Of a DNA stretch of 64,000 nt, positions 1-10,677 are shown piece by piece (the stretch's first letter is position 1; each line of letters opens with the position of its first letter). The position numbers and the translations under genes are program-made. The notes under the pieces were generated by a model that did no database searches, was not told the origin of the DNA, and worked only from the letters and a program-made list of their open reading frames with translations. Source of the DNA: Aureliella sp. (lineage in GTDB: Bacteria; Planctomycetota; Planctomycetia; Pirellulales; Pirellulaceae); NCBI GenBank assembly GCA_963691875.1, contig OY829846.1, forward strand, positions 3,968,001-4,032,000. Reading direction: 5' to 3'.

Positions 1-90
1 AGGACGATTTCAACCCAATCCTGCGGGCGTTTTTAAGCCTACGAGCGTGAAGTGCGCAGCGTAGGCTGGGGGTCAACTGGGACAGTTGGA

Positions 91-3000
91 CTACTCTGAA
101 CTATGGATTTTCATCGTATAACGATGATGTTCTTTGCCGGCAGTGTCGAGATGACGCAGGATCAATTGAGGTATTTCACCACCCACAAGCTCGATCTCTA
201 AGTAGCCGCCAGCAACGCGCAAGTAGCGGTGAATCTCGGGGCGATAATCATCTTGCTTCCAACCTCCTGCATGTCGGTCGCTTGTCGGGCCCACAGAAAA
301 TTCATGCAGCCCAGTTTCAGGATCGACACTGTGAAACTGCCAATGACGGTCCCCACAGACGACCACGAGATTTTCGAAGCTCGATAACAACTTGCGAACT
401 CCTTTGCCCTCCGTCTCAAACACCATGTTTGCGTGATTGTCGCTCTTCTTAGCTCGATCCGGTCCGACAATGGGAGTTGGCGAAATAATGACCTTAAACC
501 TCGCATCGGATTCTCTCAGAGTCTGCGCGAGCCAAGTTTTCTGCTGGGTTCCCCAAATCGTCTTTGTAGGGCCATCTTCTTGTGTATTGGGACTGCGAAA
601 ATCCCTCCCCTCCATCATCCAGACCTGAAGATCGCGACCAACTCGGATCGTTCGATACGCCGGAGAAGGCAGCCCCGTTTCCTGAATAAAGATCCGCTGT
701 CCATCACCGAATTCAAAATCGTCAGTAAACTTGCGTTTCTCACCTGGCCAACTGTCGTTCACGTAGGTGTCGTGATCGTCTTTCAGAAAATAGCTTGGCA
801 CACGCCGGTGAAACTCGACCAAAGTTGGAAGTGAATAAGTGCGCTGCCAGTGGTAATAGGCAAGTTCATTTGATCGGGCCAGACGATCGTAGTAGACGAC
901 GTCGCCTGCCATCACAAACGCATCTGTTTCGCGACTCAGGATCGTCCGATACATGTCGAAACCGTGCGGTCCATCGCGATCAGGAAACCCCTGACAAGTA
1001 CTCACCGCTAACCTGAATGAGCTGGCAGAATCTGGTGCCGGTAGCGTTTTAAAACTGCCGGTCAGAGTGTGAACCGTGCCTGTTCCTGAAGCCTGCACCT
1101 GAGATCGAACGAAATAACGCGTCGCGGGTAGGAGATCATCGAACTCTGCGATTGAAGAAAAGTCGCTCGAAGCATCGACTTCGGTCCAGGAAGAATAAGT
1201 GAATTCCTTCTCGCCAACAGCTCGCAGCCCTGCTCGCACACGAGCTGGAACTCCTGGCACGGCGAAACGCAATCCACCTACACCTTGCTCTGGCAAGATG
1301 GCACCTGAACTCGTTCGACCACTCTTCCGTTCAAATTCGACTTCCGGCTGATCACCCAAATTCGGCAAATCATATCGCGTCGCTCGAACCCAAATCTTCG
1401 CCGCTTGGTCCGACACCTCAACGATCCGCATCCCGTTAGCCTGCTTCGGCTCGCTGCTGCTGTCGACCAAGAGTTGTGGCGAAGTAGCTGGGATTGAGGC
1501 GGAGAGCACCGAAGTTGCTTGCTCCAAAGCTAACTGAAGCGAACCAAGCGAACAGATCTGAGACACCCCCAATAAATTGCCCGCCAGTTGCTCATCCTGT
1601 GGATTCCGATTGAGATACACCGTCTTGATCTCGCGAATTTGCTCGTTCTCTTTCGCATACAGTGCGGCAAGAGTGATGATTGCGGACTCGCGATCCGTCG
1701 CAGCAAGACTCAGTTCAGATTCCATTTCCTGCGAGACCCGAAGCATCACTGACAAGAGCTCATGAAGCGCCTTCTGTTCGATCGTTTCACCCAACAGGTA
1801 AAAGCGCCGCGCGAGTTGGTTCTGTTTTTTGATATTTAGATTCTTACCCTGCCGCCAAGCCGACATGCTGCATCGATAGAAGGCGTGCGCTTGGTTTGGC
1901 ATCGCTGCGATACGTTGCTGAAGCACGTGAGACGCAAAAGCCTGCTCTGGACTCTCCCACGCCAGAGCGTCCAGCACTAGGTGGATTACCGTTTCGCCCT
2001 GATCGGCTGGTTGCAGGGGGCGGTACTGAAGGAGTTGCCCACTGGACACAAATTCTTCCAGCTTAAGTGAACCCTCTGCCAAATTGGCTACTTGTGTTTT
2101 CTTCGTTTTGAGTTCCGGTATGGAAACTTGGGCAGGCAGAACACCGCGACGAATCAGCTGTGGCAGCCAGCTACTTCGCCAAGTAGCCAAAGCTTCATCC
2201 TGCTCGGAGTTCGCAAGACTTTTTGCCTTTGGCGCAAACCAACTAGATACGGAAGTCACTTGCTCGTTCTGTGGTGACTCTCGATGAAACACCGCAAGCC
2301 TCGCCGCATTCACCTCTTTCAGCGCGGGGGAAAGAATCACGGGATCAGAAACGCCTTTTAGGTGCTTCATCAAGAAGCGGAACGCGGGGACTCGCAAGTC
2401 CTGAGTGTCTTTGTGTGGGCCAGGTGTGATGACGAGACCATAGTTCTCTGATTTCTCCAGCGTGCGGTACAAGCTGCGAAGTTGGCCATCGATTCGCACA
2501 ACGCCGTCGAGCGGAAAGATGGAGTCCGAGTCGGAATTCTCTAGCAATAGTGGCCGTGGAGCAATGAGCGCGGCTAACTTGCCGTAGTCCCAACCAAAGT
2601 AGTTGACGAAGTACATGCAGTCGCAATGCCCTTCCACGCAGCCATCAAGAACATGATTGCGCAGGTCGGTAATACCAGCGACTGGAATGGCGACTCGAAT
2701 GCGCTCATCCAGTGCGGCGGCAAACCAGCTATAGGCACCTCCACCGCTGCGACCCGTCACGCCGATTTTCGATGCATCCACTTGCTTCATTCCGACTAGA
2801 AGATCCACCGCTCGAATCGCACTCCATGCCTCGACGCCTGCCGGTGTGTAACCACGACTCATCCAGTCCCAGCGTCCAAGTTTGTAAGTCCCATGGTGCT
2901 CCCCATGCAGCTCGCCCAGCTGCACAGTATCGATCGTCAGGCATACCAAGCCATGCCGAGCCAGCCACAAGCCGTGATGCTGATAGCCAGTCTTGTTTCC

Positions 3001-3420
3001 TAACAGCCGACCGTTATCCGCTGCTCGAGCGTGCCCACAAACGTACAGGACAGCGGGCCAGCCTTTCTCAGGCGGCGGCTCCGTGGGCAGATAGAGATTG
3101 GCTGTGACATACAACCCAGGACGTGACTGATAGTGGAGCTTCTCTACTCGAACGCCCTCGAGCTCGATCGCTCCCGTTTTCGTGACAGCCAGATCGGTTC
3201 GCTGCAGATCCTGCGGAATTCCAAGCATCTCGCGGAGCTGGGCTCGCCACAGCTCTTTGGTTTCCGGCCAATTCTGTTTGGTGACCGCTACCAAGTCCTG
3301 CTTGGTGGCGGCTTCAATCTCTGCCACTCGCGACGCAAAGTATCGGTCTAAAGTTTGCGCCGGCGCGCGGACTCCTAGCAGTGCAGCAAGAGTGAGTGCG
3401 AGGGTAAACAGAACTTCCAT
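91..3420 (-). CDS. Secreted fusion: alpha/beta-hydrolase (acetylxylan esterase-like) N-terminal domain plus PhoD-type alkaline phosphatase D C-terminal domain
   Basis: Signal peptide after MEVLF (ATG 3420; ORF open to 3453). GRSGGG nucleophile elbow, YVCGH and HCDC motifs in the N-terminal half. GDVVYYD, DDHD and GDRH metal-binding motifs of PhoD in the C-terminal half. Confidence 0.8.
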   Translation of the reverse strand: MEVLFTLALTLAALLGVRAPAQTLDRYFASRVAEIEAATKQDLVAVTKQNWPETKELWRAQLREMLGIPQDLQRTDLAVTKTGAIELEGVRVEKLHYQSRPGLYVTANLYLPTEPPPEKGWPAVLYVCGHARAADNGRLLGNKTGYQHHGLWLARHGLVCLTIDTVQLGELHGEHHGTYKLGRWDWMSRGYTPAGVEAWSAIRAVDLLVGMKQVDASKIGVTGRSGGGAYSWFAAALDERIRVAIPVAGITDLRNHVLDGCVEGHCDCMYFVNYFGWDYGKLAALIAPRPLLLENSDSDSIFPLDGVVRIDGQLRSLYRTLEKSENYGLVITPGPHKDTQDLRVPAFRFLMKHLKGVSDPVILSPALKEVNAARLAVFHRESPQNEQVTSVSSWFAPKAKSLANSEQDEALATWRSSWLPQLIRRGVLPAQVSIPELKTKKTQVANLAEGSLKLEEFVSSGQLLQYRPLQPADQGETVIHLVLDALAWESPEQAFASHVLQQRIAAMPNQAHAFYRCSMSAWRQGKNLNIKKQNQLARRFYLLGETIEQKALHELLSVMLRVSQEMESELSLAATDRESAIITLAALYAKENEQIREIKTVYLNRNPQDEQLAGNLLGVSQICSLGSLQLALEQATSVLSASIPATSPQLLVDSSSEPKQANGMRIVEVSDQAAKIWVRATRYDLPNLGDQPEVEFERKSGRTSSGAILPEQGVGGLRFAVPGVPARVRAGLRAVGEKEFTYSSWTEVDASSDFSSIAEFDDLLPATRYFVRSQVQASGTGTVHTLTGSFKTLPAPDSASSFRLAVSTCQGFPDRDGPHGFDMYRTILSRETDAFVMAGDVVYYDRLARSNELAYYHWQRTYSLPTLVEFHRRVPSYFLKDDHDTYVNDSWPGEKRKFTDDFEFGDGQRIFIQETGLPSPAYRTIRVGRDLQVWMMEGRDFRSPNTQEDGPTKTIWGTQQKTWLAQTLRESDARFKVIISPTPIVGPDRAKKSDNHANMVFETEGKGVRKLLSSFENLVVVCGDRHWQFHSVDPETGLHEFSVGPTSDRHAGGWKQDDYRPEIHRYLRVAGGYLEIELVGGEIPQLILRHLDTAGKEHHRYTMKIHSSE

Positions 3421-3513
3421 CGCAGACCGGCGCGGCAAAATGAGAGGATGCATTGCAGACTCGCGAGCAGTTGGGGTAGCTGGAGTCCATTATTCTAGCC
3501 GGAGATTCTCAGC

Positions 3514-3542
3514 TCGCAGGTCGCTTCGCAAGCAACCTGCGA
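3514..3542. terminator. Hairpin between hflC and the esterase-PhoD gene (possible terminator or RNA-stability element)
   Basis: TCGCAGGTCGCTT-CGC-AAGCAACCTGCGA forms a 13-bp stem with one G-U pair on the minus-strand transcript. No clear U-tract. Confidence 0.4.
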
Positions 3543-3558
3543 ATTCGTGGCTTGGGCG

Positions 3559-4521
3559 TTAGTTTGACTCCTCGAAGTCCTTCAAGAACTTGAAGATCTC
3601 ACTATCGGTCGTCAGGATCATCGTGCTGTCCTGGTCCAACATCTCGCGATAAGTTTCCATCGTCTTGATGAACTCGTAGAACGAGACGGCTTCAGGACTC
3701 TGGTTGTACGCATCCGCGTAGACTTGAGTTGCTTTCGCATCTGCGACTCCACGTACTTCCTGGACCTCCTTGTAAGCCTCAGATTCAATCTGGAGCAGAT
3801 CTTTTTCCTTCTTGCCGAGAATCTTCGCAGCTTCACCGCCACCTTCACTTCGGAAACGCTCGGCGATCTGCTGTCGCTCACTAATCATCCGAGTGTAAAT
3901 TCGTTGGCGTACGCTCTCGTTGTAGTTGATTCTCTTGAAGCGAATATCCAACAGCTCTATGCCGAAGTCCTTCAACTTTCTCGCTGCCGCCTCGAAAATC
4001 TCTTGCTCGATCTTCGCCCTTCCCATCCGTATCGGGTAGAGCACACCGATGGAGCCCGGAGCGTCACCAAGAGTCGCATCGCGTGCGGGTTCACGATCTT
4101 TGGTGGTCCGGATTACTTCGATCAATTCGTGCTTGGCAATAGCATTACGCGTTTCACTACCCAAGATGTCATCCAGACGAGATCTCGCGCTACGTTCATC
4201 CCGAAGCCTCAGAAAATACGGCTTTGCATCTTGAATCCGCCATCGACCAAAGGTATCTACCTTGATGTAAGTTTTGTCTTTGGTTGGCATCTCGATCGGG
4301 CGGCCGTCCCATTCGAGAATTCGTTTTTCGATTGGCGTCACATCCTGAACGAAGGGTACTTTGAAGTGTAGCCCCGCTTCCGTGATCGGATCTCCTACTG
4401 GTTTTCCAAACTGAGTTAGGATCACCTGTTCTGTCTCATCAACAGTAAATGCAGCTGAATAGGCGACTACTGCACCGACCAGCAAAACCACAACAACAAT
4501 GGGAGCAACGACGTTTTTCAT
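3559..4521 (-). CDS. hflC: FtsH protease modulator HflC (SPFH domain)
   Basis: N-terminal TM helix, FTVDETEQ..TQFGKP..GLHFKVPF, RMISERQQIAERFRSEG. Directly downstream of hflK. Confidence 0.95.
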   Translation of the reverse strand: MKNVVAPIVVVVLLVGAVVAYSAAFTVDETEQVILTQFGKPVGDPITEAGLHFKVPFVQDVTPIEKRILEWDGRPIEMPTKDKTYIKVDTFGRWRIQDAKPYFLRLRDERSARSRLDDILGSETRNAIAKHELIEVIRTTKDREPARDATLGDAPGSIGVLYPIRMGRAKIEQEIFEAAARKLKDFGIELLDIRFKRINYNESVRQRIYTRMISERQQIAERFRSEGGGEAAKILGKKEKDLLQIESEAYKEVQEVRGVADAKATQVYADAYNQSPEAVSFYEFIKTMETYREMLDQDSTMILTTDSEIFKFLKDFEESN

Positions 4522-4533
4522 GATTAAATCTCC

Positions 4534-5505
4534 TTACTTATCGGTGGAGAGTTGGAGAAGTGGCAAGACGCTGCTGGCTTTATCATCGATGATGATTTTC
4601 TTGCCGAGCTTTGGGATGACTTCCTTCATCGTCTCGATGTAAATTCGACGCTTGGTCACCTCTGGGGCTTTCAAAAACTCTTTGAGCAATGCGTTGAACC
4701 GTGCCACATCACCATCAGCCTCGTTGACTCTCTTGAGAGCGTATCCCTCCGCTGCTTGTATCTTTTGATCTGCTTCACCCTTCGCTCTTGGCACTTCACG
4801 GTTGTACTGACCATTCGCCTCATTGATCATTTGCTCGCGTTCCTGCTGAGCTTGGTTGACTTCATTGAAGGACGCCTGAACAGGTGTCGGAGGGTTGACG
4901 TTTTTCAGCTGCACTTGATCAATACTCAAACCGAGCTCGTACTTGTTGACCGCCGTCTGCAGCATCTCAAGTGCATCTGCTTCGATTTCTTGACGTCCAA
5001 TTGTGATGACCTCGTCTACGGTGCGATCGCCAACAACCGTTCTCATCACCGCCTCAGAGATGTCTCGCAGCGTATCTTTCGGTTCGCGCACTTTGAAGAG
5101 AAATGCCTTCGGATCCTCAACTCGGTATTGAATCACCCATTCGACCAAAGCAGCGTTCAGATCGCCGGTCACCATGCTGCGCTCAAGTGGCTGCTCGCTT
5201 GAAGCTTGCCACTTGTCGGTGTAACCACTTGTTGCAAAACCAAATTCCTGCTTAAGCTGACGCTTGACGGGAACCATAGTCACTTTCTCGATCCCAAATG
5301 GGATTTTGAAATTCAGCCCCGGATAGGCCGGGCGAGCGTAGCGCCCGAAGCGTTGCACGATACCCTCCATCTCAGCTTGGACCGTATAGACCGAGGTATA
5401 AGCCAACCACAGCACCAAGACCGCCGGTAATAGGAACAAGAAGGGCTTGAGCTTCTTGAAGTCAAAGTCATTTGGGTCGAATCGGAATTCGTTTCTCTGA
5501 ACCAT
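4534..5505 (-). CDS. hflK: FtsH protease modulator HflK (SPFH domain)
   Basis: PGLNFKIPFGIE, MVTGDLN, VQASFNEVNQAQQE, APEVTKRRIYIETM. Confidence 0.95.
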   Translation of the reverse strand: MVQRNEFRFDPNDFDFKKLKPFLFLLPAVLVLWLAYTSVYTVQAEMEGIVQRFGRYARPAYPGLNFKIPFGIEKVTMVPVKRQLKQEFGFATSGYTDKWQASSEQPLERSMVTGDLNAALVEWVIQYRVEDPKAFLFKVREPKDTLRDISEAVMRTVVGDRTVDEVITIGRQEIEADALEMLQTAVNKYELGLSIDQVQLKNVNPPTPVQASFNEVNQAQQEREQMINEANGQYNREVPRAKGEADQKIQAAEGYALKRVNEADGDVARFNALLKEFLKAPEVTKRRIYIETMKEVIPKLGKKIIIDDKASSVLPLLQLSTDK

Positions 5506-6406
5506 AAAGTGTTATCCGAAAAGGATTTACGACTTGAACGGACGCACTGCGTACTGAGTGCGATGGTTTATCGGGCTCCTGTTTAGGCACATGAGCCTCT
5601 GGGCTTGGGCGCTGACAAAATTGCACCCGGGGCTCCGCTGAGGGGCATACGAGCCCGCCAAAACCTAGAAAATCTACCTCGCCACAGCGAAATCTAAGGC
5701 TCTTTCCAAAGGAGGTTCCGTTTTTCTAACCGCAGAACAGTTTGCCTCGCCACTACAACCGGCAAATTGCAAGCATAGCGAAAGGGTCGACTTTGCGGTG
5801 GCCTGCAACTCCAGACCCTAACCCCTATCCAGCCTGTGTCTAAATCTTTCACCTTCCTTTCAGCGGCACGATACTGCCCGAGGAGAGCCCGATCGCACGT
5901 CGTTGAGTCCGCGCTGCACGAGAAACAATGGCTGGGGCCCCCGAGTCTTCTTAGCCAGATCTGCAGCTCCTCAATGGTCCTCATCTAGGTCGCGAACTGC
6001 GGTACTGAAATTGCTTCCACTCATCTTCAGTTCTGACAAGTTCTCAATCCACGAGGACGGCCTGTATATGTCAGTCGGGCGCGAAGCAACGTCCCGCTAC
6101 TTATGGATCGATTACAGCCTCTTACAGTTGTTCCTACACGCCAAATTTGAAACGGATACCTAGAAATGCCGTCGTCAACCGAGAATGAAGTAACCCTTCT
6201 TCGCTCCCACGAGCCTCAAGCTAGCGCAGGTCTTAAGCTACACATAGAACCGGCGTACTCAGGTGCATAGTTTTTCCAGAGCTCCACATTTATGCTTTCG
6301 GAGGTAGAACTCGAGGGAAGACTTGAACTAACTTTGAACGGCCTACTAGAGCCATCCCGTTCCGCTACAGTATCGAACTCGATGAACCACCAGCGAGGCA
6401 GGAAAA

Positions 6407-9400
6407 CTAGCCCGAGCGGAACGCCTGGCGGGCTTCGTGAATCCAGTTGATCTTCTTAGGCTTCGGCTTATCTTGGCCTGAGAGAGCAAGGGAGCGACCG
6501 CGACCGCTACGACTCTGCATCTCCGATTCGTACTGAGCTTCCGTGAGCCAATAGGCTTTCTGATTGTCCACGATTCTCAGACGACGATCGTGCATCTTCG
6601 CCAATTGCTCGATGCGTTGGCGGTTGCTGTAAGTCATCACCAAGTAGTTGTCCTCAACTTGCAAGGACTTCACGAACCACACAGCGGCGTCGATCTTAAT
6701 TTCGGCAACTTGCAACAACGTCTTAACCGCCTTGGGAATCTTCCCAAAGCGATCATTCAATTCATCTCGCATGTCGTCCAAATCCTTCACATCCGACATC
6801 CGACTAAGCCGTCGGTAGATGTCGATGCGATCTCGCAGAACTGGAACGTACTTCTCGGGTAAGAACGCCTGAACCGGCAAGTCAACTTCGACATCAACCG
6901 TCAGCTTAGGCGGCTGGTGCGTCAACTCCCGCACCGCATTCCCAAGCATCTGACAGTACAGCTCATAACCAATTGCGGCAATATGACCGCTCTGCTGCGT
7001 TCCAAGTAAGTTGCCCGCGCCGCGAATCTCAAGGTCACGCATCGCGATGCCAAAGCCGGCGCCGATCTGACTGTACTCTTCAATTGCATGTAATCTTCGA
7101 GCCGCATCGGGCGACAGATGCTTGTGACGATCGACGAGCAGATAGCAATAAGCTTGATTCTTATAGCGTCCAACCCGTCCGCGCAGCTGGTGTAACTCTG
7201 CAAGCCCATAACGATTGGCTTCGTCGACAAAAATCGTATTCGCATTCGGAATATCCAGTCCACTTTCGATGATCGTCGTCGCTAACAACAAGTCATACTT
7301 GTGCTCGATGAAGTCCACCATCACACGCTCAAGCTCGCCTTCAGCCATCTGACCGTGCCCAATAACCAGTCGAGCTTCAGGAACGATCTTGCGCAGTCGC
7401 GCTGCAACTTCTTCTATGTCTTGCACGCGATTGTGGACAAAGTAAATCTGTCCGCCACGATTGAGCTCTCTTAGCACGGCGTTGCGAATCAGAGTTTCAT
7501 CGAAACGTAAAGTGCGAGTTTCGACACTCAAGCGATCTTGCGGAGCCGTTTCCAGATTCGATATATCGCGCACACCCACCAAAGACATGTGCAGCGTCCG
7601 AGGAATCGGGGTCGCGGATAGGGTCAGAACATCCACATTGGATCGCATCTTCTTGAGACGCTCTTTGATCTCGACGCCGAAACGCTGCTCTTCGTCGATG
7701 ATCAGCAGGCCTAAGTTGTAGAACTTCATGTCCTTGGAAGCGATCCGATGCGTCCCGATGACAATGTCGACGCGGCCGCCTTTCAAGCCTTCCATCGTTT
7801 TCTTCTGCGCTTTGGTCGTGCAGAAGCGACTGAGTTTTTCGATATCAAACGGAAACTCGGCCATCCGAGCTCTGAAGGTCCTGTAGTGCTGTTCGGCGAG
7901 CACCGTTGTCGGCACCAGAACCGCTACTTGATATCCGCTGTCGATCGCTTTGAAAGCCGCACGCATGGCGACTTCTGTTTTGCCAAAGCCCACATCACCG
8001 CAGATCAATCGATCCATGGGCCGCGAGCGAGTCATATCGCCTTTGACGGATTCGATGGCACGTAACTGGTCTGGCGTCTCCACATACGAGAATGATGCAT
8101 CAAATTGACTTTGCCAGATACTGTCGTCGGCGAAAGTCACGCCAGGTTGGCTATTGCGGCGCGCCTGCAGCTCCAAGAGCTCGACCGCCATATCCTGCAC
8201 CGCCTTTTCAGCCGCCTTCTTCTGCCGTGCCCAGGATTGCCCTCCGATCTTGGCCAAACGCGGTTTACTCTTCGTTCCGCCGACATAGCGTTGGACGAGC
8301 TCGATCTTGGAGCTGGGCACGAAAATCTTAGTTCCGCCGTCGAATTCAATCACCAAATGCTCGAACTTCTGCCCGTGCTTCTCGAGCAACTCGGTACCTC
8401 GGTACACTCCAATCCCGTGGGACAAATGCACCACCAAGTCGCCTTGGCGCAAGTCCAGGAAACTGTCGATCGGCTTGCTCTTGGTGCGTTTCGTGATGCG
8501 ACGCACGTGGGACCGCCGTAACAGCTGGCCAGCCGTTAGAACCAAGACGCCAGTCGGCAGAACCTCGAAGCCGTGTTGCAGCTGACTGATGATCACATCG
8601 AGCCGAAATTCTTTGACGGCTTGGCAGCCGACAAGCAACTCTTTGAGCCGGTCTTGCTCGCCACCGTTCATGGCGATCACCAAGATACGCCTCTGGGCGC
8701 GAGCTTTGACTTCTTGTTTTGACAAAGCTAGAGGAGCAGGTGAGATGTCTTGGCGTTCTTCCGCTTCGAGATCCGGATTCGGTTCTGGGGGATCATTCGG
8801 GTGGGCTATGCCCTCGGACTCGTGACCTCGTCCAGTACCGCCAGATTCGTTTTCCTTCTCGGCTTGAGCCAGGGTCTGAGCCTCACACTGAGCATCGATG
8901 TCTTGCCCGAGTCGCTCCAGGTCACCACCAATGCGTTCCACGTTGCCCAGTGGCAATCGCACTAGTTCGCCAAGATAGCCTTCATCGGCAAGTTGGCTGC
9001 TATAGATCGTGGAATGCTCGGCGAGTCGAGCCCACACCGCATCCGGTGCGTCAAATCGCTCAGGAAAAGGAATCCGCTGCAAGAATGCTTCGCCAGCCGC
9101 ACTGATCGATGGCCGATCGTGGATCAGAACGAGTGTTTCCGGCGGAAGAAAGTCGAGCACCGAGCCATCCTGAGCCACCGATCCTTGAACGGCCAGCAGT
9201 TGAAGCGCCTTGCGCTTCTCGATGCTTCGCTGCGTCACAACGTCGAAACTACGCAGAGATTCAATTTCGTCGTCGAACAACTCGACGCGAATCGGCAAGC
9301 TTTCATCTGGCGGGAAGATGTCCAAGATTCCGCCACGCAATGCGAACTCTCCAGGCAACTGCACACTGGTCGTTGCGTGGTAGCCCGCCTCAAGCAACCA

Positions 9401-10156
9401 ACTCTTGAGCTTCGCCAAGTTGATTTGCTTGCCAGTCGAGAGGACTTGTTTATCAGAATCCAGCGACGTGGGACTCGGCACACTCTGCATCAAAGCGGGC
9501 AAAGTCGTGGTGACGATCGGCGAATCGACCGACTGTCCCGATGCAACATCCTGAGTGTACTTATAAAGCCGGCTCAGGACGTGCAAACGCTGAGCCGTCT
9601 CGCGGTGGGCGAGCGATTCCAGTTCGATTTCTTCGCTGCCAGGCGGGAAAGTATCGACCACAGAACCTGTTAGCTCCGCCAGTTCCGCACCAATCGATTC
9701 CGCTTCAGCGACTTGCGACAGAATGACGACTACAGGTTGCTTCGTCTTGTGAAGCCAAGCAGCCAGAAACGGCGGGACAGCGCCAGCCCACATGCCTTCG
9801 AGAGTGAGTCTTCCTGAGTCACTGATGCTATGATGGCTTTGTGCGAGCGCAGGTTGCTCTGCCAACTGAGCAATTGCGTCGCTCAGCTTCCATTCTTTGG
9901 CTTCCGCCGGATTTCCTCGGCGGATTTTCAGGATCGGTTTCTTGCGGCTCGCGGCAGAATCCTTCACGCTCGCGGCCTCGATAATTCCGTTTCGCCTAGC
10001 ATCATCACGCTCGATTTTACTTCGATGCTTCCTTTCCCAGTAGTGGACTGCGCTAGGAAGTCCAGGGCAAGTCGGAGCTTCAATCAATAAGCCAACAGCG
10101 CTAGCTGCGGGCCAGCGTTTTCTTGGTCGAGTCCGACGCTGTAGCGTTCGGCTCAC
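6407..10156 (-). CDS. mfd: Transcription-repair coupling factor Mfd
   Basis: UvrB-homology GEFALRGGILDIF, CarD/RID GDLVVHLSHGIG, helicase motifs GDVGFGKT, DEEQRFG, SATPIPRT, QLRGRVGR, DLEIRGAG. The true start is probably downstream of 10156. Confidence 0.97.
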   Translation of the reverse strand: MSRTLQRRTRPRKRWPAASAVGLLIEAPTCPGLPSAVHYWERKHRSKIERDDARRNGIIEAASVKDSAASRKKPILKIRRGNPAEAKEWKLSDAIAQLAEQPALAQSHHSISDSGRLTLEGMWAGAVPPFLAAWLHKTKQPVVVILSQVAEAESIGAELAELTGSVVDTFPPGSEEIELESLAHRETAQRLHVLSRLYKYTQDVASGQSVDSPIVTTTLPALMQSVPSPTSLDSDKQVLSTGKQINLAKLKSWLLEAGYHATTSVQLPGEFALRGGILDIFPPDESLPIRVELFDDEIESLRSFDVVTQRSIEKRKALQLLAVQGSVAQDGSVLDFLPPETLVLIHDRPSISAAGEAFLQRIPFPERFDAPDAVWARLAEHSTIYSSQLADEGYLGELVRLPLGNVERIGGDLERLGQDIDAQCEAQTLAQAEKENESGGTGRGHESEGIAHPNDPPEPNPDLEAEERQDISPAPLALSKQEVKARAQRRILVIAMNGGEQDRLKELLVGCQAVKEFRLDVIISQLQHGFEVLPTGVLVLTAGQLLRRSHVRRITKRTKSKPIDSFLDLRQGDLVVHLSHGIGVYRGTELLEKHGQKFEHLVIEFDGGTKIFVPSSKIELVQRYVGGTKSKPRLAKIGGQSWARQKKAAEKAVQDMAVELLELQARRNSQPGVTFADDSIWQSQFDASFSYVETPDQLRAIESVKGDMTRSRPMDRLICGDVGFGKTEVAMRAAFKAIDSGYQVAVLVPTTVLAEQHYRTFRARMAEFPFDIEKLSRFCTTKAQKKTMEGLKGGRVDIVIGTHRIASKDMKFYNLGLLIIDEEQRFGVEIKERLKKMRSNVDVLTLSATPIPRTLHMSLVGVRDISNLETAPQDRLSVETRTLRFDETLIRNAVLRELNRGGQIYFVHNRVQDIEEVAARLRKIVPEARLVIGHGQMAEGELERVMVDFIEHKYDLLLATTIIESGLDIPNANTIFVDEANRYGLAELHQLRGRVGRYKNQAYCYLLVDRHKHLSPDAARRLHAIEEYSQIGAGFGIAMRDLEIRGAGNLLGTQQSGHIAAIGYELYCQMLGNAVRELTHQPPKLTVDVEVDLPVQAFLPEKYVPVLRDRIDIYRRLSRMSDVKDLDDMRDELNDRFGKIPKAVKTLLQVAEIKIDAAVWFVKSLQVEDNYLVMTYSNRQRIEQLAKMHDRRLRIVDNQKAYWLTEAQYESEMQSRSGRGRSLALSGQDKPKPKKINWIHEARQAFRSG

Positions 10157-10200
10157 TTTTCATTGTGCGCTTCCTACTCCTGTTCGCGCTCGATCATCTC

Positions 10201-10237
10201 AGCCGAATGGCGTTAGCTGGCTAACGTTCTGCGGCTA
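10201..10237. repeat. REP-like imperfect palindrome
   Basis: AGCCG-AATGG-CGTTAGC-TG-GCTAACG-TTCTG-CGGCT: nested inverted repeat in an intergenic region. Confidence 0.5.
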
Positions 10238-10335
10238 AGATCGTGAAGCAGCCAAATGGCTGACGACTTCAGGTATCAACCCGTATCACTCTTTTCAACT
10301 AGCTGCTGGTAACGTCGAGGAACCACTCGCGAGCG

Positions 10336-10677
10336 ATGCTGGCGGAACGTGGCTTTGGCGATGCCAAGCTCTTCAGTAAATTAAGCCACTTGGTTGTTAT
10401 CGATCGTGCTGCTGGAAACAATCCGCCTGGGACGGATTATCCAATCACGGTGGGTGATGAAGGAAAAATCAAGCTGCCCTACACCGATCCCAAAATCGCC
10501 CAAGGGTAAGAGCTCTCGCCGCTCACCAACGCGGTACAACAAGCCTATCGCGATAACAAGATTCTGATTGATCCGGCGGTCAACGGCATCACAGTTGAAT
10601 TGCTCATGCGAGCCAACAAGCCGTGCGAGATCGAGAACTTGACTGAGGGCTCGAACGTCGACGCTCAGCCTAAGTAG
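10336..10677 (+). pseudogene. Remnant of a polysaccharide biosynthesis/export (Wza/Poly_export-like) domain gene
   Basis: Manual translation gives ...DYPITVGDEGKIKLPYTDPKIAQG*ELSPLTNAVQQAYRDNKILID...ITVELLMR..., with an in-frame TAA at 10507-10509. Resembles the 'V..DG.I.LP....I.V.G.T..E...AI..AY' Poly_export pattern. Confidence 0.6.

Noticed and set aside
5735..5800. Possible c-di-GMP-I riboswitch (GGCAAA and CGCAAAG-like words)
   Set aside because: The conserved words are in the wrong order or orientation for the aptamer.
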